Of a stretch of DNA of 42,324 nucleotides, positions 1 to 9,656 are shown in pieces (position 1 is the stretch's first letter; each line of letters begins with the position of its first letter). This stretch comes from Pirellulales bacterium (GTDB taxonomy: Bacteria; Planctomycetota; Planctomycetia; Pirellulales; UBA1268), in assembly GCA_040397685.1 (NCBI GenBank), contig JBBAVM010000005.1, positions 18,827 to 61,150 of the forward strand, written 5' to 3'. The notes under the pieces are model-generated. The model made no database searches, was not told the origin of the DNA, and worked only from the letters and a program-made list of their open reading frames with translations. Position numbers and translations under genes: made by a program.

Positions 1-2
1 GC

Positions 3-662
3 GGCGCCCGCCACTACAACTCCGCGCTCGTGCTCGACGCGGCGGGGCGACCACGGGGCTGCTACGACAAGATGCATCCCGTGATGTTCGGCGAGACGAT
101 CCCGCTGGGGGAGACGTTTCCCTGGCTCTACCGTTTGACGCCGTTGCCGGCCGGGCTCACGCCGGGCCGCGGACCGGTGGCGGTGGAGATCGAGGGCCGC
201 ACGATCGCGCCGAACATCTGCTACGAGACGGCATTGCCGGAGGCCGTGCGGACGCTCGTGCGCACGCTCGCCCGGGCGGGCACGAAGCCCGACGTGATCG
301 TCAACCTCACCAACGACGGCTGGTTCTGGGGATCGAGCGAACTCGACATGCACCTCGCCTGCGGCATCTTCCGGGCGGTCGAGGTGCGCACGCCGCTGGT
401 GATCGCGGCCAACACGGGCTTCTCGGCCTGGATCGACGGTTCCGGCAGGCTCTTGGCCCGCGGTCCGCGTCGGGCCACGGCCACCCTCCGCGCGGCCGTG
501 GTGCCCGACGGCCGCCCGAGCCCGTGGCTCGCCTGGGGGTCTGTGCCGACGGGGGGATGTGTGGCGGTCGTCATGGCCGCCCTGGTGGGCGGCCTCGTCG
601 AGTGGAAGGCCGGGAAATCGCGTGCTTCAGCCGCGTTGACCGGCCTGCCGATCCACGGATAG
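3..662 (+). CDS. lnt: Apolipoprotein N-acyltransferase, C-terminal part (5' truncated by window)
   Basis: Nitrilase-fold Lnt motifs: YNSALV, YDKMHPVMFGE, ICYE, NLTNDGWF, RAVE.R.P...AANTGFS; C-terminal TM helix; frame open to window start. Confidence 0.92.
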   Translation, partial: GARHYNSALVLDAAGRPRGCYDKMHPVMFGETIPLGETFPWLYRLTPLPAGLTPGRGPVAVEIEGRTIAPNICYETALPEAVRTLVRTLARAGTKPDVIVNLTNDGWFWGSSELDMHLACGIFRAVEVRTPLVIAANTGFSAWIDGSGRLLARGPRRATATLRAAVVPDGRPSPWLAWGSVPTGGCVAVVMAALVGGLVEWKAGKSRASAALTGLPIHG

Positions 663-683
663 TCTGCAGGGAGAGGGATCGGC

Positions 684-1544
684 ATGAACATCATCGGCAA
701 GATTTTTGTGTTCGCGGTGTTCGTCATGAGCCTCGTGTTCATGAGTTTCGCCGTCGCGCTCTATTCCACGCACACGAACTGGCGCGAGGAGATCACCCGG
801 ACTGCCGACCAGGTGCAGGCCAACAAGCCGCTGGGCTACAAGCTGCAGCTCGAGGAGGCCAAGAAGGAGCGCGAGTCGCTGCAGGCGGAAATCACCCGCC
901 TTACCGCCGACGTGGCCGCATCCGAAGTCGCCCGTGACCAGGTGATCGCGAAGATCCAGACGGCGCTCGAGCAGAAGGACAAGGAGCTGCAGGATCTCCG
1001 CAAGACCAAGGAGGCCCGGGAGACGGAACGCGAGCAGGCCCAGGCGGAGATCCAGGTCACCCGCAAGGAGCTCGAGAAGGCGACGAAGACGGTCGAAGAC
1101 CTGCGGGCCGAGATCGCCAAGCAGCAGAAACAGGTGGACGACCAGGTGGCCCGTTCGGCCCAACTCGCCGGCGAGCTCCACGAGAAGAAGGCGTTCCTCG
1201 AGATCGCGACCGAACGCAAAGCCCAGCTCGAGAAGCAGGTCGCCAACGCCCGGCTGCTCCTCAAGCAGCACGGCCTGGCGATCGAGAGCCTGCCGCGCGA
1301 CCAGGTGCCCACCGCCGGCGGCATCGTCACCGCCGTCGCGGACGACTCGGTCGAGGTCACGCTCGGCGGCGACGACGGCGTGCAGATGGGGCACTTCCTC
1401 GAGGTGTACCGCGACGACCAGTATCTCGGCCGCGTGCAGGTGATCAGCGTGAAACCCGACCGCTGCGTGGGCCGCGTGATCCGCGAGTTCAAGCGCGGCG
1501 ACATCCAGCCCGGCGACCGCGTGGCCACGCGGTTGAAGGCCTGA
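684..1544 (+). CDS. Membrane-anchored coiled-coil protein with C-terminal beta domain (hypothetical)
   Basis: N-terminal TM helix, ~170 aa E/K/Q-rich heptad region, C-terminal LG.DDG...G..LEVYR...LGRVQV...IQPGDRV; GGAGAGG RBS upstream. Confidence 0.85.
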   Translation: MNIIGKIFVFAVFVMSLVFMSFAVALYSTHTNWREEITRTADQVQANKPLGYKLQLEEAKKERESLQAEITRLTADVAASEVARDQVIAKIQTALEQKDKELQDLRKTKEARETEREQAQAEIQVTRKELEKATKTVEDLRAEIAKQQKQVDDQVARSAQLAGELHEKKAFLEIATERKAQLEKQVANARLLLKQHGLAIESLPRDQVPTAGGIVTAVADDSVEVTLGGDDGVQMGHFLEVYRDDQYLGRVQVISVKPDRCVGRVIREFKRGDIQPGDRVATRLKA

Positions 1545-1572
1545 CGGTCGGCGGCCCGGAGGGAACGACGAG

Positions 1573-1737
1573 ATGGCAGACGACTCACACCGCATGGCGC
1601 GACCGCCCGTCAACGTCTACACGGCGATGCTCATCCTCGCGTTCATCGCCATCGCGGTGGGCTGCATCGTGCTCGCGCTCGACCTCGGCCGCTACAACTT
1701 CGAGATCCAGCCGCCGGCCGGCATGAAGCCCTCCTGA
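1573..1737 (+). CDS. Small single-TM protein, 54 aa (missing from ORF track)
   Basis: Manual translation MADDSHRMARPPVNVYTAMLILAFIAIAVGCIVLALDLGRYNFEIQPPAGMKPS; GC3-rich codons; fills the gap between two + strand genes. Confidence 0.75.
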   Translation: MADDSHRMARPPVNVYTAMLILAFIAIAVGCIVLALDLGRYNFEIQPPAGMKPS

Positions 1738-1749
1738 CGGGAGGCGGCG

Positions 1750-2532
1750 ATGTTTGGCTGGTTGCGGGAACGGCGACGGCGGGGGATTCGCTCGCGTGGC
1801 CTGCCGCCGGCATGGCTCGACATCCTGCGGCGTACCGTCGTCCAGACGGCATGGCTCGATGACGGCGAGATCCGGCGGCTCCGGGAATGGATCGCCGTGT
1901 TCGTGGCCGAAAAGCGATTCGAGGGCTGCCGCGGCTTCGAGATCACCGACGAGGTCCGCGTGGCCATCGCCGGTCAGGCGGGGCTGGTCACGCTGGGGCT
2001 CGACGGCGAGCACTTCGACCGCCTGCAGTCCGTGCTCGTGTACCCCGGGGACTATCTCGCCCGGAAGTCGGCCCCGCTCGAGGGCGGCGGCGAACTCGAA
2101 TGGCAGGAGGAGCGGCTGGGCGAGACATGGGCCGGCGGCAGCATGGTCCTCTCGTGGCCGCGTGTCCTCGAGGGCGGACGGCTTCGCGACGGACCCCGGT
2201 CCGTGGTGATCCACGAGTGCGCCCACGCGATCGACATGCTCGACGGCGAGGTGGACGGCGTGCCCCCGCTCCCGGCCGCGGCTGCGCGGCGGGAGTGGCT
2301 CGCGGCCCTCGACCACTGCCAGAACCGCTTCGAGGAGGCGCTCGACGAAGGTCGCAGCCTCCCGTTCGACGATTACGCGCTCGAGGGCCCAGGTGAGTTC
2401 TTCGCCGTCGCCAGCGAATGCTTCTTTCAGGATCCGCACCGGCTGGCCCGCTTCGACCGCACGCTCTACGACATGCTCGCCACCGCCTGGCGGCAGGACC
2501 CGAAATCCCGCGTCCCGCGACAGCGCTCGTGA
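1750..2532 (+). CDS. Zinc-dependent peptidase, MtfA/M90 family
   Basis: HECAH (HEXXH) then D...G..DGVPPL; F..EK.FEGC.G.EITDE; [11 protein letters not shown]; GGAGG RBS. Confidence 0.88.
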   Translation: MFGWLRERRRRGIRSRGLPPAWLDILRRTVVQTAWLDDGEIRRLREWIAVFVAEKRFEGCRGFEITDEVRVAIAGQAGLVTLGLDGEHFDRLQSVLVYPGDYLARKSAPLEGGGELEWQEERLGETWAGGSMVLSWPRVLEGGRLRDGPRSVVIHECAHAIDMLDGEVDGVPPLPAAAARREWLAALDHCQNRFEEALDEGRSLPFDDYALEGPGEFFAVASECFFQDPHRLARFDRTLYDMLATAWRQDPKSRVPRQRS

Positions 2533-2545
2533 CAGATGCCAAGCT

Positions 2546-3193
2546 TCAGCCTGTCTCCGGCGGCACGAGGTGAGCCGTCTCGTTGAAGGCAACGAGTTGT
2601 GGTCCGGGCCAGTCGAGAAGCGTCAGCGATGCGTTGGCCAGCGCGGGCAGTTTCGTGAACGGCCGCTCCGCGGCCTGCGCCAAGAGCGGATGCGTGCGGC
2701 CGAGAAGGCTACCGAGCGCCGCAGTGAGGACGCCGCCGTGGGCGACCACGATCATGTGACGCACCGGACGGGCGGCGAGCGCCTCGAGCGCGGCGCGGCC
2801 GCGGGCGGCGAGCATCGCGCGCGACTCTCCGCCCGGGATCGCGTAGTCGGCGTCGCCGCTCCGCCAGCGGGCGACCTCATCGGGAAAGGCGGCCTCGAGA
2901 TCGGCCCAGAGGTGCCCCTGGAACACGCCCGCGTGCAATTCCGCGAGGCGGTCCTCGATCGACATTGGCAGCCCGAGCGCGGCCGCGATCGCCTCGGCGG
3001 TCTCTCGCGCCCGGACGAGCGGGCTCGACCAGATCTCGTCGATACCCACGTCGGGCGGCAACGACCGCACCCAGGAGGCCAGCGCTTCCGCCTGCCGCCT
3101 GCCGACGGCGGAGAGGGCGACGTCGGCCTGGCCCTGCACCCGGGACTCGACGTTGAAGACGCTCTCACCGTGGCGGACGAGGTACTGGCGCAT
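2546..3193 (-). CDS. Histidine phosphatase (phosphoglycerate mutase) family protein
   Basis: [27 protein letters not shown] motifs. Confidence 0.9.
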   Translation of the reverse strand: MRQYLVRHGESVFNVESRVQGQADVALSAVGRRQAEALASWVRSLPPDVGIDEIWSSPLVRARETAEAIAAALGLPMSIEDRLAELHAGVFQGHLWADLEAAFPDEVARWRSGDADYAIPGGESRAMLAARGRAALEALAARPVRHMIVVAHGGVLTAALGSLLGRTHPLLAQAAERPFTKLPALANASLTLLDWPGPQLVAFNETAHLVPPETG

Positions 3194-3205
3194 GCATTCC
3201 GCAGC

Positions 3206-4897
3206 CTACCGCAGCGGGTCGGCCGGCGGCAGGGCGGCGAGATCGGAGCGGCTCCCCTGCTCAGAGCGGCTCCCCTGCGCCGAATGTCCATGGGCATGAC
3301 CGGCGTGGGTCCGCGACAATTGATCGACGAATTCCCGGCTCGAGCCCTCGAGCACGAACACCTCGCTCGCAGTCTGGGCCGCGCCGTGCGGCCGCACGAT
3401 GCAGATCACCTCGGCCCGCCCCTCGTGCTGGCGCACGTGGTCGAGCAGCGCCCGTTCCCCGGCGGACAAGCCACCGGCTGCGGCCGCATCGCCGGCCGTG
3501 GCCGGCGGTGCCGCAGCCACGGCGGCAGCCGGGGCTCCCGCCGCAACCGGGCCGCCGGTCGAGGCGGTCGGCAGGGCGCCACCACGATCGCGACGGTCGA
3601 ACGACACCGGCGGCATGTCCGCCGGCATGCTCGGGACGGCCGGACCGGCGGCATCGGCCACCGTGCCGCTCGGATAGACGCTCTTGTAGACGAAGGCCAG
3701 CCCCGCCTCGTCGAGCTGTTCGTGAATCGCTGGGAGCGCCGCGAACAATCCCTCGTTGTCGGTCGGATCGGCCGCGTTGCAGACGCCCAAGAGCGTGCCA
3801 TCGACGCCGAAGAGACCGCCGCCCGACCGGCCCTGCACGGGCTGACCGGCGACCTGCACGTTGGCCGGCCCGAGATACTTGTCCACGGCGGTCACACGGC
3901 TGTGGTGGATCGTCGGATCCTGGCCGCCGTTGCAGCCCACCGTGACCACCGGCTCGCCCGCGGCGGTGACCCGCTGCGGTCCGCCGACCTTGGCCGGCTC
4001 GACGGCCGCGTCGGTGAACACGCTGACGAGCGCGAGATCGCGTTTCAGATCCCAGGAGATCACCTGGCCCGCGAGGCCCCGCTGTCCACCGGCGCCGAAC
4101 AGATCGACCTCGACGCGGCCCTGCCCCTTCGAGTCGCGGAAGATATGGCCGCAGGTGAGGATCAGCGCCTCTCCCTGCCGACAGTCGATCACGGTGCCGG
4201 TGCCCCACGAGACGCCTTGCGCGTCTTCGACCCGCAGGCGGGCCGTGGCCGCCAGGAGCCGCTGCTCGAGCGCCATCCGCTCACCGGACGACAGGTCCGG
4301 GTCCACCGCGACGTCGGCCGCGCGAGACGAACGGGACGGGCTGCGGGCCGGGGCGGTGGCCGCCACCGGCGGCTGGGCTGCCGGCAGCACGCGGGCGGGA
4401 ACGACGGCCTCCCGCCGCGGGGCCGACTCGAGCGCGAGCGGCGCCTCCGACGGCGTCGAGGGAAACGCCTGCCCAGGGACCGCTGCCATCGGCGGCGCGG
4501 CCGGCCCGGCAGCCATTTCGGGCATCCCGAGCGGCGCCCGGCTTTGGGCCAACAGCTTTTCGAGTTCGGCACGCGTCGTGGCCCCGTTGATGCGGCCCAC
4601 TTCGTGCCCCTTCACGAGCAGGACGTAGCACGGCACGCCGGTGATCCCGAACCGCTTGACGAGATCGGCCTCCCGATCGACGTCCACGTGGCGTACGACC
4701 CAGCCCGCGGCCGAGATCTCGCCGATGAGCGGCGCCATCGACCGGCATGGTCCACACCACGACGCGGCAAAATCGAGCAGCACCACCTCGCCGGCGCTGG
4801 CGGCGGTGGCGGCATCGACGGGCGCCGCAGCGGCGGCCGCGTGCACGACGCCCGCGAGAACGATGCCCAGGCAGAGTGTTCGCAGGAAGAAACTCAT
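3206..4897 (-). CDS. Secreted thioredoxin-domain / trypsin-like serine protease fusion
   Basis: Signal peptide [20 protein letters not shown]; WCGPC thioredoxin motif; protease triad motifs [20 protein letters not shown]. Start reassigned from the over-long 6562 ORF. Confidence 0.85.
   Translation of the reverse strand: MSFFLRTLCLGIVLAGVVHAAAAAAPVDAATAASAGEVVLLDFAASWCGPCRSMAPLIGEISAAGWVVRHVDVDREADLVKRFGITGVPCYVLLVKGHEVGRINGATTRAELEKLLAQSRAPLGMPEMAAGPAAPPMAAVPGQAFPSTPSEAPLALESAPRREAVVPARVLPAAQPPVAATAPARSPSRSSRAADVAVDPDLSSGERMALEQRLLAATARLRVEDAQGVSWGTGTVIDCRQGEALILTCGHIFRDSKGQGRVEVDLFGAGGQRGLAGQVISWDLKRDLALVSVFTDAAVEPAKVGGPQRVTAAGEPVVTVGCNGGQDPTIHHSRVTAVDKYLGPANVQVAGQPVQGRSGGGLFGVDGTLLGVCNAADPTDNEGLFAALPAIHEQLDEAGLAFVYKSVYPSGTVADAAGPAVPSMPADMPPVSFDRRDRGGALPTASTGGPVAAGAPAAAVAAAPPATAGDAAAAGGLSAGERALLDHVRQHEGRAEVICIVRPHGAAQTASEVFVLEGSSREFVDQLSRTHAGHAHGHSAQGSRSEQGSRSDLAALPPADPLR
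3246..3278. repeat. 18-bp-period tandem duplication in protease C-terminal tail
   Basis: gagcggctcccctgc at 3246-3260 and 3264-3278 ([12 protein letters not shown]). Confidence 0.8.
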
Positions 4898-5055
4898 CGA
4901 TCGCTCCGTTGCGTCACCCCACGGCCTGGCCGCGGGAGGGCGGATACTGGCGGGCCCTCGGGCGCGGTACAAGGCCACTTTCGTGCCCGGCTCGACCGCG
5001 GCCAACCGCCCATGCACCCCGCGCCTGCGCCATTTCCCCGTTTCCGCGCGGCCTC

Positions 5056-5061
5056 TACAAT
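5056..5061 (+). promoter_or_regulatory. Putative sigma70 -10 element for metG
   Basis: TACAAT in a GC-rich intergenic region ~28 nt before the ATG; GGAG RBS. Confidence 0.5.
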
Positions 5062-5089
5062 CCGCCGACCTTCGAGCCCACGGAGCATC

Positions 5090-7192
5090 ATGCCCGCCCC
5101 TCGCGCCCGCCGGATCCTCGTCACCTCGGCCCTGCCCTACGCCAACGGCCACATCCACCTGGGGCACCTCGTCGAGTACATCCAGACCGACATCTTCGTG
5201 CGCTTCCAGAAGCTGCGCGGCCACGCCTGCATCTACCTCTGTGCCGACGACACGCACGGCACCGCGATCATGATCCGGGCGCGGTCGGAACAGCGGAGCG
5301 AACAGGAATTGATCGCGGCGATGCGCGAGGCCCACCTCGCCGACTTCACCGGCTTCCAGATCGCATTCGACCACTACGGCTCGACGGACAGCGCCGCCAA
5401 CCGGCGGCTGTGCGGCGAGGTGTGGCGGGCCCTGCGCGACCGTGGGCTCGTCGTCAGCCGCGATGTCCGGCAATTGTTCGATCCGGTGGCCGGCGTGTTC
5501 CTCGCCGACCGGTTCGTGCGCGGTGCCTGCCCAAAGTGCGGCGCGACCGATCAGTACGGCGACTCGTGTGAGCAGTGCGGGGCGACCTACGGCCCGGCCG
5601 ATCTCGTGCAGCCCCGGAGCACGCTCTCCGGCGCCGTGCCCGAGGTGCGCTCCGCCGAGCACCTGTTCGTGACGATCGAAACCCTCCACGCCTTCCTCGA
5701 CCGCTGGACGCGGGAGTCGGGCGCCCTCGACCCACGGGTGGCCAACTACCTCGCAGGGCATTTCCTCGGCGAGCCCCTGCGCGACTGGGACGTGTCGCGG
5801 CCCGCCCCCTACTTCGGGTTCGAGATCCCCGACGCCCCTGGGCATTTCTGGTACGTCTGGTTCGACGCGCCGATCGGCTACCTCGCGGCGACGGCCGAAT
5901 GGTGCGCCGGCCATGGCGAGTCGCTCGACGGCTGGTGGAAGCGGGGGGCGCCGAACGAGCCGCCGGCCGAGATCCATCACTTCATCGGCAAGGACATCAC
6001 GTATTTCCACACGCTCTTTTGGCCGGCGATGCTCGAGGCTGCGGGCCTGTCGCTGCCGACGAAGGTCCGGATCCACGGCTTTCTCACCGTGGACGGGCAG
6101 AAGATGTCGAAGAGCCGCGGCACGTTCCTCCTCGCGCGCACCTATCTCGACCATCTCGACCCGGCCGCGCTCCGCTATTACTACGCCGCGAAACTTTCCG
6201 GCGGCATCGACGACATCGACCTGAACCTCGAGGAGTTCGCGGCGAAGGTGAACTCCGATCTCGTCGGCAAGGTGGTGAATCTCGCCAGCCGCACCGCGCG
6301 CTGGCTGGAGACGACGGGCCTGGCTGCGACCTATCCCGACGACGGCGGGTTGTTCGCCCGCGCGGCGGCCGACGGGGCGGAGATCGCCGCCGCCTACGAG
6401 GCCTGCGATTTCGCCCGGGCGATGCGGGCGATCATGCTCGCGGCCGATCGCGCGAACGCCTACGTCGATGCGGAGCAGCCGTGGAAACTGGCCAAGGCCG
6501 GGCCCGAGGCGGCCGGCAGGCTCCAGGTGGTGGCCAGCGTGGCCTTGAACCTCTTCCGCCAACTCGCCGTCTACCTCGCCCCGGTGCTGCCCACGCTCGC
6601 CGCCGACGCCGGAGCGCTCGTCGGTGGCCCCATCGAATCGTGGGACGAGTCACAGACCCCGCTCGCCGGCCTGCCCGTGGGCCGGTTCACGCCGCTCATG
6701 CAACGCGTCGATCCGGCCCGCATCGAGGCGATGCTCGCCGCATCGCGGGCCGCCGCCGCGTCCACCCCAGCCGCTTCCCCAGGAGACCGTGACATGGACC
6801 AGACTCCCTCCGCCTCCCACTCCGACTCCGGTGCACCGCTCGCCGCCGAGCCCCTCGCCCCCACCTGCACGATCGACGACTTCTCCAAGGTCGATCTGCG
6901 GATCGCCCGGATCGTCGCCGCCGAAGAGGTGGCGGAGGCGAAGAAACTCCTCAAGCTCACAGTCAGCCTCGGGGGTGACGCCACCCGCACCGTGTTCGCC
7001 GGGATCAAGGGCTTTCACGAGCCCGCCGCGCTCGTGGGACGGCTCGTCGTGGTGGTCGCGAACCTGGCGCCACGGCAGATGAAGTTCGGTCTCAGCGAGG
7101 GCATGGTGGTGGCGGCCAGCGGCGCAGGCGCCGAGGGTGTCTACCTCCTGTCCCCCGATTCCGGCGCCCTCCCCGGCATGCGGCTCCACTAA
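5090..7192 (+). CDS. metG: Methionine--tRNA ligase with C-terminal tRNA-binding domain
   Basis: [22 protein letters not shown] knuckles, [22 protein letters not shown]-terminal F.KVDLR...SEGM domain. Confidence 0.97.
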   Translation: MPAPRARRILVTSALPYANGHIHLGHLVEYIQTDIFVRFQKLRGHACIYLCADDTHGTAIMIRARSEQRSEQELIAAMREAHLADFTGFQIAFDHYGSTDSAANRRLCGEVWRALRDRGLVVSRDVRQLFDPVAGVFLADRFVRGACPKCGATDQYGDSCEQCGATYGPADLVQPRSTLSGAVPEVRSAEHLFVTIETLHAFLDRWTRESGALDPRVANYLAGHFLGEPLRDWDVSRPAPYFGFEIPDAPGHFWYVWFDAPIGYLAATAEWCAGHGESLDGWWKRGAPNEPPAEIHHFIGKDITYFHTLFWPAMLEAAGLSLPTKVRIHGFLTVDGQKMSKSRGTFLLARTYLDHLDPAALRYYYAAKLSGGIDDIDLNLEEFAAKVNSDLVGKVVNLASRTARWLETTGLAATYPDDGGLFARAAADGAEIAAAYEACDFARAMRAIMLAADRANAYVDAEQPWKLAKAGPEAAGRLQVVASVALNLFRQLAVYLAPVLPTLAADAGALVGGPIESWDESQTPLAGLPVGRFTPLMQRVDPARIEAMLAASRAAAASTPAASPGDRDMDQTPSASHSDSGAPLAAEPLAPTCTIDDFSKVDLRIARIVAAEEVAEAKKLLKLTVSLGGDATRTVFAGIKGFHEPAALVGRLVVVVANLAPRQMKFGLSEGMVVAASGAGAEGVYLLSPDSGALPGMRLH

Positions 7193-7210
7193 CGCCTACC
7201 GTATCTCTGC

Positions 7211-7232
7211 GTAGGACAGGCTTCAGCCTGTC
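7211..7232 (+). repeat. GTAG-type REP-like palindrome (left unit of inverted doublet)
   Basis: GTAG + GACAGGCT-TC-AGCCTGTC; exact reverse complement at 7495-7516. Confidence 0.8.
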
Positions 7233-7252
7233 ATGCCCCTGTCAACTTGTGC

Positions 7253-7288
7253 GCACCGGCTCGGGACTGCCCAGCCCCGATCCTCCTC
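7253..7288 (+). repeat. Mini form of the CTCG-ended element (ends only), inverted relative to B1
   Basis: gcaccggCTCGggactgccc joined to agccccgatcctcctc, matching the two ends of element B1. Confidence 0.55.
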
Positions 7289-7298
7289 AACTGACAAT

Positions 7299-7451
7299 CG
7301 GGGAGGATCGGGGTTGTCCCCTGCCATTGAGACGGCGTATTTGACCAGCGGAGCCATGGATGGCGCAGCGCAGGCAAATCCGAGTGAGCCGAAGCCTGGA
7401 AGGCGAAGGCGAACGTCCGGCGAGATGGTAGGGGCGACCCCGAGCCGGCGC
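7299..7451 (-). repeat. Structured intergenic element, long type (copy B1)
   Basis: Reverse complement aligns over ~150 nt with 20707-20853 (ccggctcgggg..taccatctcgccggacgttc..ctgcgctgcgccatccatggct..atgg.agggg). Confidence 0.85.
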
Positions 7452-7494
7452 CTGCGAGTTGGTGCCTGCGAGCTGGGGGAACGACGGGTAGGAC

Positions 7495-7516
7495 GACAGG
7501 CTGAAGCCTGTCCTAC
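7495..7516 (-). repeat. GTAG-type REP-like palindrome (right unit of inverted doublet)
   Basis: gacaggctgaagcctgtcctac is the exact 22/22 reverse complement of 7211-7232. Confidence 0.8.
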
Positions 7517-7571
7517 AAGGCCGGTGGCTTGAAGGGGGGCGTAGAATCGAGCAACCCCTGGAGAACTCGCC

Positions 7572-8036
7572 ATGACCCAGAAAACGATCCTGTTTCCCAC
7601 GGACTTTTCCCACGCCAGCGACGCCGCGTTGCCCCATGCCGAGGCGCTCGCCAAGCAGGTGGCCGCGCGGCTGTTGATCGTGCACGTCGAGGAACCGCCG
7701 CTCGCGTACGGCGGCGGCGAACTTTACTACGGCATCCCGGAGCCGAGTTCCGCACGGATCCTCACGATGCTCGAGGACGTGAAACCCACCGATCCCGCGG
7801 TGCCCTTCGCCCACCGGCTGACGATGGGCGATCCGGCCGGGGAGATCATCAGGATCGCCGCCGAGGAGGGGGCCGAGATGATCGTGCTCGGCACGCACGG
7901 CCGCACCGGCATGACACGGCTCTTGATGGGGAGCGTGGCGGAGGCGATCGTGAGGCGTTCGCCCTGCCCGGTGCTCGTCTACCGGGAGACCGCGGAAAAA
8001 CTCGCGGCCCACCGGCCCGAACCCGTCCGGACCTGA
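7572..8036 (+). CDS. Universal stress protein (UspA family)
   Basis: ILFPTDFS, GDPAGEI, MIVLGTHGRTG...LMGSVAEAIVRRSPCPVLV; TAGAAT at 7542 and GGAG RBS. Confidence 0.93.
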   Translation: MTQKTILFPTDFSHASDAALPHAEALAKQVAARLLIVHVEEPPLAYGGGELYYGIPEPSSARILTMLEDVKPTDPAVPFAHRLTMGDPAGEIIRIAAEEGAEMIVLGTHGRTGMTRLLMGSVAEAIVRRSPCPVLVYRETAEKLAAHRPEPVRT

Positions 8037-8050
8037 GCCCCACCGCCCCG

Positions 8051-8992
8051 ATGACGTTGCGTCCGATCCTCGAACTCCGGGCCACCCTGCGGGCCCGACT
8101 GCGCGGCCTGTTCGACGATCGCGGGTTCGTCGAGGTCGAGACGCCGGTGATCTCGAGCGAGGTGCTACCGGAGGCGCACATCGATCCGCTGGCGGTGCAC
8201 CTCGACGGACCCGATCGCCCGCCCCACTTCCTGCAGGCGAGCCCCGAGGCGCACATGAAGCGGATGCTCGCCGCGGGCTCCGGTCCGATCTACCAGTTCG
8301 CCCGCGCCTTCCGCGCCGGTGAGCGAGGCGACCGCCACGACATCGAGTTCACGTTGCTCGAGTGGTACGCCCCGGGCACGGGCAATGACGACGCGGCCGC
8401 ATTGCTCGCGGAACTGTGCGCCGCCGCGCTCGGCACCGCCGGCCTCGAGCGGATCACCTGCCGCGAGGCCTTCCTGGCCCACGCCGGCATCGATCCGCTG
8501 ACGGCGACCCTCGCCGAGTGGAGGGCCGCCGGCGCCCGGGCCGGCCTCGCACTGCCCCAGGATCACGGCGACTCCTGCGATGCCTGGTTCGAGATCGTGC
8601 TGGCCGAGGCCGTGGCACCGCGGCTGGGCCACGGCCGGCCGACACTGCTGGAGGCGTGGCCCGTGTCACAAGCCGCCTTCGCCCGCATCAGCGTCGGGCC
8701 GCCTGCGACGGCCCGACGGTTCGAACTGTTCGCATCCGGGGTCGAACTCGCCAACGGCTGGGAGGAGGAAACCGCCCGCGAGCTGCTTCTCGAAAGGATC
8801 GCCGCCGCGAACACCGTCCGGGCCGCCGCCGGCCGGCAGCCCCTGCCCGTGCCAGGCCGACTCGTCGAGGTCCATGGGCCATCGATGCCGCCCGGGGTGG
8901 GCTGTGCCCTCGGCTTCGACCGGCTCGCAATGCTCGCCGCCGGAGCCGCGTCGATCGACGCGGTGCGTCCGTTCACCTCGCGGACGGCCTGA
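8051..8992 (+). CDS. epmA: EF-P lysine aminoacylase EpmA/GenX (class II LysRS paralog)
   Basis: F...GFVEVETP, LQASPE.HMKRMLAAG, FRAGE.G.RH..EFTLLEWY, RFELF..GVELANG, G.ALGFDRL; no anticodon-binding domain. Confidence 0.9.
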   Translation: MTLRPILELRATLRARLRGLFDDRGFVEVETPVISSEVLPEAHIDPLAVHLDGPDRPPHFLQASPEAHMKRMLAAGSGPIYQFARAFRAGERGDRHDIEFTLLEWYAPGTGNDDAAALLAELCAAALGTAGLERITCREAFLAHAGIDPLTATLAEWRAAGARAGLALPQDHGDSCDAWFEIVLAEAVAPRLGHGRPTLLEAWPVSQAAFARISVGPPATARRFELFASGVELANGWEEETARELLLERIAAANTVRAAAGRQPLPVPGRLVEVHGPSMPPGVGCALGFDRLAMLAAGAASIDAVRPFTSRTA

Positions 8993-9623
8993 CCGCGTCG
9001 TTCGCCGTCACCTCGCACGCCGTCACGAGCCACCGCTCCACGCGCGTGCGCTGCTGCACGACGACCGAGGGCTCGAGCACGAGCCGCGCGTCGCAGTCAC
9101 CGGGCCGCTCCGGCCTGATCCGCACGATCCACGTTCCGGGCTGGTCACCCGCGGTGGCCCGCGGGCGCGGGCCGCTCGCCGGGCAGGACGCCAGCTGCTC
9201 GATCCCCCGCCGCGCCTCGGGACCGCACATCGCCTCGGCGTCGGCCAGCCGGCCCTCGCGCACGGCCGCGAGAAAAAGCTCGGCCGCCGACGCGGCCCGG
9301 GCGGCCGCGATCGAGCGGGTTGCGAGGGTCCCCACGGCCGCCTGCCCGCCAAACCCGGCGGCGAGCGCCAACCCGCCCAGCGCCATGAGGCGGCCGGCTT
9401 TCCGCGATCCCTCCCGATCGACATCGACGAGCGCGGCCGCCGCCACGGCCAGCGTGAGGAGCGGCAGCACGAGGAAGACGGGGCTCACGAGCGCGAGCGC
9501 CGAGAGGGCGCCCAGCCCGAGCGCGGCCACGGCCAGTGTGCTCACCGGCCGGTAGTCGGGCCGTTCGGGCTCCGCCGGCGTGGCGGAGGGCTCGGTGTCG
9601 CGCGGGTCGTGGATGTCGTGCAT
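8973..9623 (-). CDS. Hypothetical membrane protein (DUF4190-like N-terminus)
   Basis: YRPVS.LAV.AL.LG start, three hydrophobic helices, G...A..G..L motif; GGAG RBS. Confidence 0.7.
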   Translation of the reverse strand: MHDIHDPRDTEPSATPAEPERPDYRPVSTLAVAALGLGALSALALVSPVFLVLPLLTLAVAAAALVDVDREGSRKAGRLMALGGLALAAGFGGQAAVGTLATRSIAAARAASAAELFLAAVREGRLADAEAMCGPEARRGIEQLASCPASGPRPRATAGDQPGTWIVRIRPERPGDCDARLVLEPSVVVQQRTRVERWLVTACEVTANDAVRPSAR

Positions 9624-9656
9624 GGACGCCGGATTCGGCCGGGGTACCCGACCGTG

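Noticed and set aside
2531-2555. Third copy of the GTAG REP (gcttcagcctgtc) between convergent mtfA and phosphatase genes
   Set aside because: Only 13 nt match, no GTAG, and it overlaps a stop codon; possible remnant but not supportable.
2393-5089. 899-aa N-terminal extension of metG (1599-aa ORF)
   Set aside because: Arg/Gly-rich antisense shadow of the phosphatase and protease genes; MetRS homology starts at 5090, which has its own RBS and -10.
4898-6562. N-terminal extension of the thioredoxin-protease ORF (1118 aa)
   Set aside because: Antisense to metG; the signal peptide begins at 4897.
7211-7516. CRISPR array, tRNA, SRP/tmRNA or T-box/SAM riboswitch near metG
   Set aside because: No regularly spaced direct repeats, no cloverleaf or recognisable motif; the region lies downstream of metG and is explained by dispersed repeats.
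7223-7654. Small ORFs across the metG-usp spacer and other repeat copies (e.g. 20763-21227, 26535-27401)
   Set aside because: They are translations of the repeats or shadows of real genes, with atypical composition.
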